Positions 28,596 to 39,139 are shown, counted from the stretch's first letter. The stretch is 64,000 bases of DNA from Blastocatellia bacterium (GCA_035258805.1 DATFWY010000037.1:350-64349), one strand, 5' to 3'. Made by a program: numbers and translations. The notes: generated by a model from the sequence alone, not told the origin.

Positions 28596-29648
28596 ATGGA
28601 CGACATCCTCATCGTCGAGAACCTCATCAAACACTATCCGATTCGCAGAGGTGTCTTTCCAACAACAGTAGGATACGTTCGTGCCGTTGATGGAATCTCG
28701 TTTTCAATCCCGAAAGGAAAAACTTTGGGCCTTGTTGGTGAGTCGGGATGCGGTAAGACTACGACCGGGCGAGTGATCTTACGTTTGATCCCTCCAACTT
28801 CCGGGCAAGTGGTGTTCAACGGCCGCGACGTATTTGCGATGAATGAGCACGATCTGCGCAACGTGCGTCGCGAAATGCAGATTATTTTTCAAGACCCATA
28901 CGGCTCACTTAATCCTCGAATGACTGTTGGAGCCATGTTGGCGGAACCTATTCTTGTACATCACGTCGAACCACAGAACCTGAACGGCTATTCGCCTGAA
29001 GCATTGGAGTCTGTGGACACTGGCGGGCGCCGTCTCATAAGCTCGAACCGGCGCCGGGCGATGCAGAGAGTTGATGAACTTCTCCACCTTGTCGGACTCA
29101 GCCCCGAACACGCAAGCCGTTACCCTCACGAGTTCTCAGGTGGTCAGAGGCAACGCATTGGGATTGCGAGAGCGCTGGCATTGAATCCTAAGCTGATTGT
29201 CTGCGATGAGGCAGTCTCGGCACTCGATGTCTCGATCCAGGCTCAGATATTGAATCTCTTGCGCGAGCTTCAAAAGGATTTTGGGATTACATATTTGTTC
29301 ATCGCTCACGATCTGGCCGTGGTAAAACACATATCAGATCGAGTGGCGGTCATGTATCTTGGTGAGATCGTGGAGGAAGCAGATACGGCTGAGATTTTCT
29401 CGAATCCACTTCATCCGTACACCCAGGCGTTGTTGTCGGCGATACCGGAGCCTGTTCCAAAGAAGAAGGGCCATCGTGTTCGGCTTGAAGGTGATGTTCC
29501 AACCCCCATCGATCCACCGGCGGGTTGCCGATTTCATACTCGTTGTCCGATAGCGATTGAGGAGTGCAAGCTAGCGAAGCCACCGCTGGTTGAGCTTACC
29601 CCGGGCCACCGGGTTGCGTGCATTCGAACAGATGTATCGGGCGGTTAG
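28596..29648 (+). CDS. Oligopeptide/dipeptide-type ABC transporter ATP-binding protein (OppF/DppF-like)
   Basis: 350 aa. Walker [11 protein letters not shown], signature [15 protein letters not shown], Walker [14 protein letters not shown]-terminal oligo_HPY domain. Confidence 0.88.
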   Translation: MDDILIVENLIKHYPIRRGVFPTTVGYVRAVDGISFSIPKGKTLGLVGESGCGKTTTGRVILRLIPPTSGQVVFNGRDVFAMNEHDLRNVRREMQIIFQDPYGSLNPRMTVGAMLAEPILVHHVEPQNLNGYSPEALESVDTGGRRLISSNRRRAMQRVDELLHLVGLSPEHASRYPHEFSGGQRQRIGIARALALNPKLIVCDEAVSALDVSIQAQILNLLRELQKDFGITYLFIAHDLAVVKHISDRVAVMYLGEIVEEADTAEIFSNPLHPYTQALLSAIPEPVPKKKGHRVRLEGDVPTPIDPPAGCRFHTRCPIAIEECKLAKPPLVELTPGHRVACIRTDVSGG

Positions 29649-29744
29649 AAACACTGAAGAGTCGGGAGCAAAGTAGAAGTGTTAACGAAGTCGTCCGCTT
29701 TTTCTTTAATCCCACCAACGCACGTTGGTGGGATTCCCAGAACA

Positions 29745-30428
29745 TCACTGATCGATGATAGTTTCCTGTGGGGTTTCGGGCTGAATCTCGCCTTCCTTGA
29801 CTTCACGTATGTCCCTTACTTCCTGTACTACTTCCTGCACCCGGATGAATGCTCCGCTGTTTCGAGTTGATATGTGATAACTTCCAGACTGACTGTAACC
29901 GTGGTTGTAACGACTATCCGCCTTCGTGATCTCTTCAAGGTGGGAATCAAGCTCAATAAATCGATCGGCAACATCGATCAACCGCGGACTGGTATTGCTT
30001 CGAAAACCGGCCAGCTCCACTCGCACGCCTTTATAAGCAACAGCGTTTATTGCGTAAGCGAAGTCTTCGTCTCCTGAAACCAGCACCGCGGTGTCGTACT
30101 TGTCTGCGAGCGAAAGCATGTCAACTGCGATCTCGACGTCAAGGTTGGCTTTTTTGGTTCCGTCCGCGTAGGTCTTCAATTCCTTTTCGACGACTCTATA
30201 TCCATTCCTACGCATCCAGAGCAGGAAGCCCTGCTGTCGTTCGGCTTTCTCATCAACCCCGGTATAAAAGAACGCGCGCAGAAGCGGAGAGTCTCCTCTG
30301 AGGAAATTCAAAAACTTGGCGTAATCAATTTCGACTCCGACCGATCTTGCTGCGTGAAACAGGTTATTTCCATCAATAAAAATGGTTATCTTTCCCCGCA
30401 TAAACCCTCTATGATCCGTATCTTTCAA
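29745..30428 (-). CDS. NYN/LabA-like domain protein with C-terminal extension
   Basis: 227 aa. IFIDGNNLFHAA...DVEIAVDMLSLADKYDTAVLVSGDEDFAYAI matches the NYN (PIN-like) nuclease fold with conserved Asp positions, followed by an acidic/Gln-rich tail. Confidence 0.7.
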   Translation of the reverse strand: MKDTDHRGFMRGKITIFIDGNNLFHAARSVGVEIDYAKFLNFLRGDSPLLRAFFYTGVDEKAERQQGFLLWMRRNGYRVVEKELKTYADGTKKANLDVEIAVDMLSLADKYDTAVLVSGDEDFAYAINAVAYKGVRVELAGFRSNTSPRLIDVADRFIELDSHLEEITKADSRYNHGYSQSGSYHISTRNSGAFIRVQEVVQEVRDIREVKEGEIQPETPQETIIDQ

Positions 30429-30680
30429 ACAAATGTTTTATACATTCAATGTCTAACATACGGTTTAGAGGAGGTGCAAGTGAAGGCCATCCGGTCGACG
30501 TTCGCGGATGTTAGATATTAATTGCGCTATCAACTACTGGTCTGGCCGCTCATCCTCAGGCAGAGTTGACAGCAGCTAAGAGCGCCAGAGAAAATGATTC
30601 TTGCTAACATAAACATATCAGTATCTATTGTTTGGGCCGCAGCGTTGAGAATCCACCGGGCGGCCCACTCGATTTTAAGT

Positions 30681-32339
30681 ATGATTAAACGAGTATTCCT
30701 TGCTTCAACAATCCTCCTGACTCTCCGATTGGTAGCCCAAGCCGCGCCAACCGACACCATCGTCGCAATGCCTTTCGAAAACCTGTCTGGCCGAGCCGAG
30801 TATAACTGGGTGGGAGAGAGCTTTGCCGCAGCTTTGGCCGATCTGTTTGATAAGCCTGGACTCGTCGCTATCAGACCGGACGAGCGAAATGTAGCTTACA
30901 AACAGGAGGGTTTGCCCCCGACGGCAATCCTGACCAGGGCTACGATGATCAAGATCGCAGAACGCGCCGGCGCTAACCTGGTTGTTATGGGGACCTACCG
31001 TATCGCCGGCGAAGGGCGTGAGAGCACGATCACAATCACCGCGAGGGTAGTCGATATTCGCGAGGGTCGTCTGGTTGGTAAGGAGTACAACCGCGGAGGT
31101 CCGCTCGTGGACTTGCAGAAGCTGCAAGGTGATCTCGCATACGAAATACTCTATCAGCATAACCAGGCGCTGCCGTTCTCCCGCGATCAGATCACTACTG
31201 ACGCGACAATCGCTCCAATAGGTGCCTTCGAAAACTTCATCAAAGGCACGCTGACTCGAGAACGGGACCCGCGGATTAGCTTCCTCGAACGATCAATAAA
31301 AGAATTCTATGATAAGACAAAGACCCAATATATTGCCGCAATTTTTGAGCTCGGCCGGATTCGCTTCGAGTCCGGAGAGTACAAAGAAGCGCTCGAGCAG
31401 CTCGTACTCGTCGACGAAAAGAACCAGCGTTATGACGAAGCGCAGTTCTACATCGGTGTGGCGCAAGATGCGCTCGGGCAAACGGACAAAGCGCTGGCCA
31501 CGATGAAGAAACTCGCCGGGCGGCTTCCGCTTTTTGAGGTTTACAACAACATCGGCGTGTTCCTGGTAAAGCAGAAGCAATACAAAGACGCTATCGATCA
31601 TCTCAAGCCGGCAATGGACGCGGCGCCACGTGATACCGATACGTTGTTTAATCTGGGCTATACGTACTTTCTTGCAAAGGACAATGCAAATGCAGTTGCT
31701 ACGTTGAGGACCGAAACAAAACAGCGAGCGTCGGATGGCGAGGCTTATTACATCCTGAGCAAGGCATTGGCGGCGCAAGGCGACCAGGCTGGCGCCAATG
31801 CCGCGTCCGATCAAGCGAAAAAACTCCTACCTTCGTACGCGCAATGGGAAACTAAGGGTGTGCCGTTGGTCAGCCGCGTCAAAACCAGCTTCAGCAAGAT
31901 TAATTATTACCGCTATAAACGCGAGCAGGATGAGCGACTGAATGCGCAGACTCAGATCAGCAGCCAGCCTCCGCAAGTTGATCAGCTTCTCGAGGCTTCG
32001 CGTGCTGCGTTTATGGCCGGGCGAGACGCTGAGGCGCTTGGAACGCTGGGGAAATTGTTGCAAATGTCTCCTCAGAACTACGAAGCACACCTGTTGATGG
32101 GACGACTGTATGAGCGGCAGGGCGATTTCGAACGCGCGAGCAACGCATTGAAAGCCGCGGTGTTCTGGAATCCCAAACTGGTGCCTGCTCACGTTTTGCT
32201 TGGCAGGATTGCAGTGTTGAAAAACGATTGCGCAGCGGCCCAGGTCTCGGCAAACAAAGCATTGCAAATTGATCCTAACGACCAGGACGGGCAGGCGTTG
32301 AAGAGGCTGATTGAGCAGAAGTGCAAAACCGGCGCTTGA
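30681..32339 (+). CDS. Secreted TPR-repeat protein with N-terminal TolB-N/CsgG-like domain
   Basis: Start chosen at ATG 30681 (MIKRVFLASTILLTLRLVAQAAP signal peptide). The track ORF begins at 30594. About 9 TPR-like helical repeats fill the C-terminal two-thirds. Confidence 0.65.
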   Translation: MIKRVFLASTILLTLRLVAQAAPTDTIVAMPFENLSGRAEYNWVGESFAAALADLFDKPGLVAIRPDERNVAYKQEGLPPTAILTRATMIKIAERAGANLVVMGTYRIAGEGRESTITITARVVDIREGRLVGKEYNRGGPLVDLQKLQGDLAYEILYQHNQALPFSRDQITTDATIAPIGAFENFIKGTLTRERDPRISFLERSIKEFYDKTKTQYIAAIFELGRIRFESGEYKEALEQLVLVDEKNQRYDEAQFYIGVAQDALGQTDKALATMKKLAGRLPLFEVYNNIGVFLVKQKQYKDAIDHLKPAMDAAPRDTDTLFNLGYTYFLAKDNANAVATLRTETKQRASDGEAYYILSKALAAQGDQAGANAASDQAKKLLPSYAQWETKGVPLVSRVKTSFSKINYYRYKREQDERLNAQTQISSQPPQVDQLLEASRAAFMAGRDAEALGTLGKLLQMSPQNYEAHLLMGRLYERQGDFERASNALKAAVFWNPKLVPAHVLLGRIAVLKNDCAAAQVSANKALQIDPNDQDGQALKRLIEQKCKTGA

Positions 32340-32343
32340 TTGA

Positions 32344-32363
32344 ATAGGTCCTATAGGTCCTAT
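32344..32363. repeat. TAGGTCCTA motif, two tandem copies (ataggtcctataggtcctat)
   Basis: Located 35-55 bp upstream of the acs ATG (32398), 5 bp after the upstream stop. Confidence 0.5.
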
Positions 32364-32397
32364 TTTCACTTACCCATTCATTTACGGAGGCACCAGG

Positions 32398-34344
32398 ATG
32401 TCGCAGTCAATCGACTCGATCCTCAAAGAAACCCGACTCTTCAGTCCGCCAGCTGGGTTCAGCCAAAAAGCTCACATCCAAAGCGTTGAACAGTACGAGA
32501 AACTCTATCGCGAAGCCCAGGAGGACCCCGAGAAGTTCTGGGGTGAAATCGCAAGCGAGCTTCATTGGTTTCGAAAATGGGACAAAGTCCTCGATTGGGA
32601 AGCGCCGTGGGCGAAGTGGTTCGTAGGCGGCCAGATAAATCTCTCTTACAACTGTCTGGATCGACATGTATCGACCTGGCGGAGAAACAAAGCCGCAATA
32701 ATCTGGGAAGGCGAGCCTGGTGAAGTACGAACTCTCACCTATCAACAACTGTTCACTGAGGTTTCGAAGTTCGCCAACGTCCTCAAGTCGCTTGGAATCC
32801 GGAAGGGCGATACGGTGGCGATTTACATGGGGATGACACCTGAGTTGCCGATAGCGATGCTCGCCTGCGCACGCATTGGAGCTCCACATTCCATCGTATT
32901 CGGCGGATTCTCTGCGAATGCGCTGATCGACCGCATTAACGATGCTCAATGCAAGGCAGTTATAACCCAGGACGGTTCGTATCGCCGCGGCGCTGAGGTC
33001 CCACTTAAGGCGACCGTCGATGAAGCGCTGCCAGGTTGTCCGTCAGTGAAAACGGTGATCGTATACAAACGAAGCGGCTTAGATATCAAGATGATGGCGG
33101 GACGCGATCACTGGTGGCACGAGCTTATGGCCGATGCAAAAGACCAATGTGACGCCGAACCTCTCGATGCGGAACATCCTCTCTACATACTCTATACCTC
33201 TGGCAGCACCGGTAAGCCAAAAGGCGTAGTTCACACGACCGGAGGATATTCGGTTGGAACTTACATCACCGCGAAATGGGTGTTCGATCTGAAGGACGAG
33301 GATGTCTACTGGTGCACCGCGGACATTGGATGGGTAACCGGACACAGCTACATCGTTTATGGTCCGCTGCAAAACGGTGCGACCGCTGTGATGTATGAGG
33401 GCGCCCCGAATCATCCTGAGCCCGATCGCTTCTGGCAGATAATCGAGCGGCATAAGGTGAATGTGTTCTATACCGCGCCTACAGCGATTCGGGCTTTTAT
33501 GAAGTGGGGTGAGCGCTGGCCACGCCGCTACGAGATGAATAGTCTGAGGCTTCTTGGTACGGTCGGCGAGCCGATAAATCCTGAGGCGTGGATGTGGTAC
33601 CGGGAAGTAATCGGCCATTCTCGTTGTCCAATCGTGGACACGTGGTGGCAAACCGAAACCGGAATGATAATGATCACACCGCTGCCTGGCGCCATTCCGA
33701 CCAAGCCGGGATCTGCGACCAGACCGTTCCCAGGTGTGATCGTCGATGTGGTTAATAGGCAAGGCGATCCAGTTCCTCTGGGTTCCGGAGGCTATCTGGT
33801 GATCAAGCGGCCGTGGCCCTCAATGCTGAGGACGATCTTCAATGACCCGGACCGTTACGTAAACCAGTACTGGTCGGAAATACCAGGGATCTACTTCGCA
33901 GGCGACGGGGCCCGAAAAGATCAGGATGGATATTTCTGGATCATGGGCAGGGTGGACGATGTGATCAACGTATCAGGGCATCGTCTTTCAACAATGGAAG
34001 TGGAATCGGCTCTGGTGGCTCATCCCAGGGTCGCCGAGGCGGCAGTGGTTGCAAGACCGGACGAAATTAAAGGTCAGGCGATTGCTGCTTTTGTCACGCT
34101 CGAGCTGGGAAATAATCCTTCGAATGAGTTGAAAGAAGAACTGCGGCAATGGGTAGCGAAGGAGATAGGCGCTCTTGCAAAGCCGGATGATATTCGGTTC
34201 AGTGATGCGCTGCCAAAGACTCGGAGCGGAAAGATTATGCGGCGATTACTGCGCGAGATTGCTTCGGGCGGCGAGGTGAAAGGAGATACAACTACTCTTG
34301 AGGATTTCGCAGTGCTGGCAAAGCTCAAAGAGGAAGAGGAGTGA
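32398..34344 (+). CDS. acs: Acetyl-coenzyme A synthetase (AMP-forming)
   Basis: 648 aa. N-terminal ACS-specific domain, AMP-binding motif [12 protein letters not shown], conserved C-terminal Lys region ([14 protein letters not shown]). Confidence 0.96.
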   Translation: MSQSIDSILKETRLFSPPAGFSQKAHIQSVEQYEKLYREAQEDPEKFWGEIASELHWFRKWDKVLDWEAPWAKWFVGGQINLSYNCLDRHVSTWRRNKAAIIWEGEPGEVRTLTYQQLFTEVSKFANVLKSLGIRKGDTVAIYMGMTPELPIAMLACARIGAPHSIVFGGFSANALIDRINDAQCKAVITQDGSYRRGAEVPLKATVDEALPGCPSVKTVIVYKRSGLDIKMMAGRDHWWHELMADAKDQCDAEPLDAEHPLYILYTSGSTGKPKGVVHTTGGYSVGTYITAKWVFDLKDEDVYWCTADIGWVTGHSYIVYGPLQNGATAVMYEGAPNHPEPDRFWQIIERHKVNVFYTAPTAIRAFMKWGERWPRRYEMNSLRLLGTVGEPINPEAWMWYREVIGHSRCPIVDTWWQTETGMIMITPLPGAIPTKPGSATRPFPGVIVDVVNRQGDPVPLGSGGYLVIKRPWPSMLRTIFNDPDRYVNQYWSEIPGIYFAGDGARKDQDGYFWIMGRVDDVINVSGHRLSTMEVESALVAHPRVAEAAVVARPDEIKGQAIAAFVTLELGNNPSNELKEELRQWVAKEIGALAKPDDIRFSDALPKTRSGKIMRRLLREIASGGEVKGDTTTLEDFAVLAKLKEEEE

Positions 34345-34395
34345 TGATGATGAGTGACGGATCACGAATCACGAATCTCGCATCACGCATCACGG
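34341..34395. repeat. Inverted heptamer-repeat element of the same ATCACGM family as at 4127-4218 (gtgatgatgatgagtgacgg | atcacgaatcacgaatctcgcatcacgcatcacgg)
   Basis: Lies between the acs stop and the most plausible start of the HAD gene. Sequence-similar to the element upstream of clpB. Confidence 0.6.
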
Positions 34396-34403
34396 TTTCT
34401 ATC

Positions 34404-35051
34404 ATGCTCTTCGACCTTGATGGTACCTTGATAGATTCGCGGACAGATCTTGCAAACTCAATCAACCTTATGCTCGCAGATCTTGAACGACCGCCGCTCG
34501 ATGAAGCAATAGTCGGTGTATTTGTTGGTGATGGTGTTCGAGTGCTAGTGAGGCGATGTCTTACAGCTACCGACCCACAACAAAAGCCACCATCAGTCGA
34601 TCTACATGCGAAAGCCGTAGAGTTGATGCATCGCCATTACGCCGAGGAAATGCTCAAGACAACGCATCTCTATCCCCAAGTTACAGAAACGCTAGCTGCA
34701 CTGGAGAACAAACTGAAAGCTGTGGTTACGAGCAAAGAGAGTCGCTTTACAAAACTCATTCTCGAACACTTCGACATTGCGCGTTATTTCCACGCGATTG
34801 TGGGGGGCGACACGACGCCGGCTCGCAAGCCTGATCCCGCGCCAGTCCGTGAAGCGTTGCGACTGCTCGACGGCTCGGCTGCAGATGCTGTGATGATCGG
34901 AGACAGCGAAAATGACATCAATGCCGGACGCGCCGCTGGTACGAGGACGTGCGGTGTGACGTTCGGTTTCAGAACCGCTGAACAGCTGCGTGTGTGTGGA
35001 CCGGACGTGCTGGTCGACCGATTTGATCAGCTTAGAGATGTCTTGATTTGA
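34404..35051 (+). CDS. HAD-superfamily hydrolase, phosphoglycolate-phosphatase-like
   Basis: Start chosen at ATG 34404 (MLFDLDGTLIDS, HAD motif I). The track ORF starts at 34341 and would translate the heptamer repeat. Motif III-IV: MIGDSENDINAGRAAG. Confidence 0.75.
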   Translation: MLFDLDGTLIDSRTDLANSINLMLADLERPPLDEAIVGVFVGDGVRVLVRRCLTATDPQQKPPSVDLHAKAVELMHRHYAEEMLKTTHLYPQVTETLAALENKLKAVVTSKESRFTKLILEHFDIARYFHAIVGGDTTPARKPDPAPVREALRLLDGSAADAVMIGDSENDINAGRAAGTRTCGVTFGFRTAEQLRVCGPDVLVDRFDQLRDVLI

Positions 35052-35085
35052 GAATACTTGAATTATTCGAGCGACCGTTCAACCA

Positions 35086-35619
35086 GTGACTAACTCAGAT
35101 CCCCAAATTATCGACCGAGCACGGAAAATCAAGCTCCTGGTCCTCGATTGTGACGGAGTGCTGACGGATGGAAGGATCATACTGCTTCCGGATGGGGATG
35201 AGACTAAATGCTTTGACGTCAAAGACGGTCACGCGATGGTCATGGCACAGCGGGCTGGACTCCTGATCGCAATCATATCCGGACGCAAGTCATCGGTCGT
35301 TCGGGCGCGCGCAAAGGAGCTCGGTGTCGCTCACCTGCATGAAATGGCATGGGTGAAAAAAGAGCCTTATGAAAAAATCCTGGCCGAAGAAGGGCTTCGT
35401 GACGAAGAAGTCTGTTATGTGGGCGATGACGTCGTTGACATACCTTTGTTGCGGCGCGCCGGATTGGGCGTGGCGGTAGCGGATGCAGTCGAAGAAACAA
35501 AACACCATTCCCATTTAGTGACTGAGCGCGGGGGCGGCAAGGGCGCAGTGCGCGAAGTGATTGAGTTGATTCTGAAAGCCCAGGATAAGTGGGACGAGGC
35601 CCTGTCCCGGTATGTTTAA
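35086..35619 (+). CDS. kdsC: 3-deoxy-D-manno-octulosonate 8-phosphate phosphatase (HAD-IIIA)
   Basis: 177 aa. IKLLVLDCDGVLTDGRI ... GDDVVDIPLLRRAGLGVAVADA typical of KdsC. Confidence 0.85.
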   Translation: MTNSDPQIIDRARKIKLLVLDCDGVLTDGRIILLPDGDETKCFDVKDGHAMVMAQRAGLLIAIISGRKSSVVRARAKELGVAHLHEMAWVKKEPYEKILAEEGLRDEEVCYVGDDVVDIPLLRRAGLGVAVADAVEETKHHSHLVTERGGGKGAVREVIELILKAQDKWDEALSRYV

Positions 35620-35624
35620 CCAAC

Positions 35625-35653
35625 ATAGGTCATATAGGTCACATAGGTCCTAT
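35625..35653. repeat. Three tandem 9-bp copies of the TAGGTCNTA motif (ataggtcat ataggtcac ataggtcct at)
   Basis: Begins 6 bp after the kdsC stop, 50-80 bp upstream of the predicted lipoprotein start. Confidence 0.5.
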
Positions 35654-35703
35654 TTGTCCGATTATTCAAAACAACATACAATTCCGAAACCAAGGAGACC
35701 CAC

Positions 35704-36253
35704 CTTGAAGCGAACAATCACCATGCTTTTGTTATTCGCATTAACCGCCTGTTCGACAACTCAGCCGTCGAACAAGAATCAGCCTGGGACAGCCAGTCAG
35801 CCGTCCGCGCCCAGTCAGCCCGCTCCACCCTCAGCCGCCGCGAAACCAGCTGGTGAGTTGAAAGAAGGTGAAGCAAGCGGAAGCATTGTCGATGAAGGAC
35901 AGACGATTAACCTCAGGTATGCGTATGCCGGACACACCGAGCAGTTCGGTGAAGACGCAATCGTCGTCCTGGTGACTGAGGCCCCTGTCGCGCCAGACGT
36001 CCTGGCAAAAGCTTTCGAGGAGAAGTTCGGAATCTTTCCGCGCGATAACAAAGGGCTGGAGTATAAAGTCGGTAAAGGATTCTGGGTAATGTATCACCCC
36101 AGCGGCTTTCAAACATCCGGAATTAATACTCTCAAGAATTATTCAGTCGAGAACGGCGTAGTGAAGGGAAGCGACGAAGACTCTACCAAATTCAATGACA
36201 AGGACTATAAACGCTCGGTAAGCTTTGTAGCGCGGGTTCTTGATAAGAAGTAG
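35704..36253 (+). CDS. Predicted lipoprotein of unknown function
   Basis: Start chosen at TTG 35704 (AAGGAG RBS 8 nt upstream; MKRTITMLLLFALTAC lipobox). The track ORF starts at 35612. Pro/Ser-rich linker, then a globular domain. Confidence 0.5.
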
Positions 36254-36261
36254 CGAAGAAA

Positions 36262-36370
36262 TCAACGCCACGTAGTAACGAATTTATTCGTTCTGATTGT
36301 GTGCACGCGCTATCAAGTCATAACGAATAAATTCGCCACTGCGTGGCGCTTTCGTTAACTACGTGGCGAC
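36262..36370. terminator. Compound palindromic structure between convergent genes (likely bidirectional terminator)
   Basis: cgccacgtagtaacgaa ... its reverse complement ttcgttaactacgtggcg, enclosing two AT-rich self-palindromes (aacgaatttattcgtt / aacgaataaattcg). Confidence 0.45.
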
Positions 36371-36374
36371 GATT

Positions 36375-37442
36375 TTACTTGTTGTTCTGCTGTGCCTGGG
36401 TCTTTGATTCCAAACCAAGATGCTCACGGAACCAGCTCGCAGCCGCATTGGAACTGATCTCGAATGCCTCATTGATGTACATTTCGAAGTGAGTGATGCC
36501 GGGTACCTCGATCAGCTTTTTTGGCCCGCTCAGGATTTCCATCGCTGCGTAAGCATTCGCCTTATTGTTGATCAGTTCATCCTTTTCCGCCGGAATGAGA
36601 AGCACGGGTCTGTCGCCGACCGCTTTTAGATACGAGAACGGACGGTACTCGGCTACCATCTGATTCGTTTCCACGTCGACCATTCGTCTCGCCGAGAAGC
36701 CTGTTTCAAATTCCGCCCCTTGCCCAGTGCGAGCTCGCTTGATGGCGTCTTCAAGCAGCTTTCCTCTAAGCGGTACCGGACCCACCGGCGAGTCCTTTCC
36801 TGAGATCGCGGGTACCTGTCCCACTATTGCCTTCACACGTGAATCGAGCGCGGCGGTTACGATCACATTGCCGCCAGCGAAACTCGAGCCCCAGATGCCG
36901 ATGCGATCGGGATCCACTCCCGGTTCACCCTGCAGATAGGAGATCGCGTTGCGATAATCTTCAACCTGCTTCATTGGAATGAGTCGCGTGCGTTTCATCA
37001 CGACGTCCGATTTGATATTCGTTGTTCGCTTGTCGTCCCTGATCGGGTCAGTTTCAGCTGTTCCAACTGAAGATTGCGCCTGAGATATGAAACCGTCGCT
37101 CGAGCCCCAGCCACGATAGTCTATGACCATCGCTACCAGACCCCGTTCGGCAAACCGAGCTCCATACTTCTCAATCGAGAAGTGCGTGCCTGCCCATCCC
37201 TGGCCCAATACAACACCTGGCGTTTTACCACCAGCCGAGAAGCCTTTGGGGAAGAAAATCTTTGCGTAGCAGCCCACGCCGTCGCTGTAATAAGTCACCT
37301 CCTTTGACGTCACGCCTTGCGCGAGCTTGTAAGCCCAGTCTTCTTTTGTAAGGCCGGTTTTTATTTTCTTTTCTTGAGCAGGGGACGAGATCGCGCAAGC
37401 AAAGAGAGATAAAAGCAGGAGTAGAAAGGTGGTTCTTTTCAT
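36375..37442 (-). CDS. Secreted alpha/beta hydrolase (dienelactone hydrolase / S15-peptidase-like esterase)
   Basis: 355 aa. Signal peptide. GIWGSSFAGG nucleophile elbow (GxSxG). Alpha/beta hydrolase-fold periodicity. Confidence 0.75.
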   Translation of the reverse strand: MKRTTFLLLLLSLFACAISSPAQEKKIKTGLTKEDWAYKLAQGVTSKEVTYYSDGVGCYAKIFFPKGFSAGGKTPGVVLGQGWAGTHFSIEKYGARFAERGLVAMVIDYRGWGSSDGFISQAQSSVGTAETDPIRDDKRTTNIKSDVVMKRTRLIPMKQVEDYRNAISYLQGEPGVDPDRIGIWGSSFAGGNVIVTAALDSRVKAIVGQVPAISGKDSPVGPVPLRGKLLEDAIKRARTGQGAEFETGFSARRMVDVETNQMVAEYRPFSYLKAVGDRPVLLIPAEKDELINNKANAYAAMEILSGPKKLIEVPGITHFEMYINEAFEISSNAAASWFREHLGLESKTQAQQNNK

Positions 37443-37457
37443 GTCGTTACCCCGATG

Positions 37458-37561
37458 ATGTACCGTAGATTGTCCAAGCTACCGTAGTCTGTCCAGTCTG
37501 CGGAATGGCCCGCTAGTCACAATGCTTCAGGACACCGCAGACTAGACAGCCTACGGTACTC
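37458..37561. repeat. REP/MITE-like palindromic element, copy A (arms GTACCGTAGAYTGTCCAGTCTGCGG / CCGCAGACTAGACAGCCTACGGTAC)
   Basis: Left arm partially duplicated (taccgtagattgtccaagc + taccgtagtctgtccagtctgcgg), 31-nt spacer. The right arm abuts the stop codon of the downstream gene. Confidence 0.8.
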
Positions 37562-39139
37562 CTAGCGTGCGGCGCGTTTCTGAAATTGCTCGAGGAAATC
37601 CAGCTGTTCCTTCAACAAATGATTTCGCACCTGAACAACGTCTCCAAAATCCATGTAAGGCTCGTCGCTGGCGTTGTAAGGGATCCACTTGGGAAGACCC
37701 TTGCCATTGGGATCGCCTGTCTTAGCAAAATTCACCCAATAAGCCGACATCGTATCTGAAAGCTTGTGATCCAATTCCTGCAACATCGTGTTTTGCGGAT
37801 TGAGATTGTTGAACACGTACGCTATCTCGGACGCATGATACGCGCCGAGATATTTGCTGTTGGGATTTGGAGTCACGTGGCTGAAAAAGTACAAGTATGC
37901 CTTTGAACGACCGGTCCCGGTCATTCGCGCCCAGGTTCGCATAGGCAACGTGAACGTGACGTCGCGCAGGCTGCCAAGATAAGCGGCTGGAACATCCGCT
38001 TCGCTCTTTACCGGATAAAGCGCGTCGAAATCTCGGGTGGCCTCTCCATACAGCGGCTCGATGCGTTTGCGATAATCTTCGATCGTCTTTGGGACCGTTG
38101 CCGGCACGGTCAAAGTCGTCATCTCATTTGCATTCGAACCCACAATTACCGGCACATCGTTCTGTTTGCCCTGCGCAAAGATATTGCGAATCTCATCCGG
38201 CAGAACCCATCCATCGACGTTCGGGGATGTTCTGAACTTCTTTCCCTCGGCATCATTATTGAAAATGTCGACGATCTTATCTGCCGAGACAGCGCGCAGT
38301 GCCTTTAAGGAATCAGCTCCTGCAGCTTTCGCGAAAGCTACGCCGACTTTCTCAGCCGCGGCTAACCTGCCTCGATCTTCCTTCAGATAAGCCATCGGGC
38401 CAAACTGACCGCCGCTCTCGCCGATTGCACGGTGAAATAGTCCCTTAGCCAGCGGAGTGGCCACCAGCACATTGACACTCCACGACCCTGCCGATTCACC
38501 AAAGATGGTGACGTTTCCTGGATCCCCGCCGAACGCGACAATATTCTTTTGAACCCACTTCAATGCGGCGATTTGATCCAGCACGCCGTAGTTACCCGAG
38601 GAATGTTGCGGAGACTCTGCAGTCAGTTCAGGATGCGCAAGATAACCCAATGGCCCGAGCCTATAGTTTACGGTGACGAGGACAACACCCTTTTTCGCAA
38701 AAGAGGTTCCATTGTACGTACGATTCGCTCCTGATCCACGCGTCAAAGCCCCACCATGAATCCACACCATCACTGGCCGTTTCTCACCTGCTTTACCGGA
38801 GGTCCACACATTCAAATAGAGGCAGTCCTCGCTCTGCTTTTGTGGAGGCTGGTAGTACATAGAGCCGGTCGGGTATGGCGCTTGCGGACACTCCGGACCG
38901 AACGCATCGCATTGACGAACACTCTGCCACGGAACCACGGGCTGCGGCGCTTTCCAACGGAGGTCGCCGACGGGAGGTGCGGCGAATGGAATTCCTTTGA
39001 AACTGCGAACTCCATCGGCGCTTACACCTGAGATCAGCCCGCCATCTACCTTAATTGAATCGTCGGCGGTGGAAGCAAGGGAAAACGCGGACATTGCGAC
39101 GACAAACGCAAATGTGATGATGGTTAGACTGCGGCGCAT
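37562..39139 (-). CDS. Secreted carboxylesterase, type B family
   Basis: 525 aa. Signal peptide. [15 protein letters not shown] nucleophile motif, conserved Glu/His region. Confidence 0.9.
   Translation of the reverse strand: MRRSLTIITFAFVVAMSAFSLASTADDSIKVDGGLISGVSADGVRSFKGIPFAAPPVGDLRWKAPQPVVPWQSVRQCDAFGPECPQAPYPTGSMYYQPPQKQSEDCLYLNVWTSGKAGEKRPVMVWIHGGALTRGSGANRTYNGTSFAKKGVVLVTVNYRLGPLGYLAHPELTAESPQHSSGNYGVLDQIAALKWVQKNIVAFGGDPGNVTIFGESAGSWSVNVLVATPLAKGLFHRAIGESGGQFGPMAYLKEDRGRLAAAEKVGVAFAKAAGADSLKALRAVSADKIVDIFNNDAEGKKFRTSPNVDGWVLPDEIRNIFAQGKQNDVPVIVGSNANEMTTLTVPATVPKTIEDYRKRIEPLYGEATRDFDALYPVKSEADVPAAYLGSLRDVTFTLPMRTWARMTGTGRSKAYLYFFSHVTPNPNSKYLGAYHASEIAYVFNNLNPQNTMLQELDHKLSDTMSAYWVNFAKTGDPNGKGLPKWIPYNASDEPYMDFGDVVQVRNHLLKEQLDFLEQFQKRAAR

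Noticed and set aside
23830-33130. Sigma-54 promoter consensus (TGGCAC-N5-TTGCW)
   Set aside because: TGGCAC occurs only inside coding sequence (rpoN, acs) and lacks the -12 element.
35612-35703. 5' extension of the lipoprotein ORF to ATG 35612
   Set aside because: It would translate through the TAGGTCNTA motif array and overlap kdsC by 8 nt. The internal TTG at 35704 has an AAGGAG RBS and gives a canonical lipoprotein signal.
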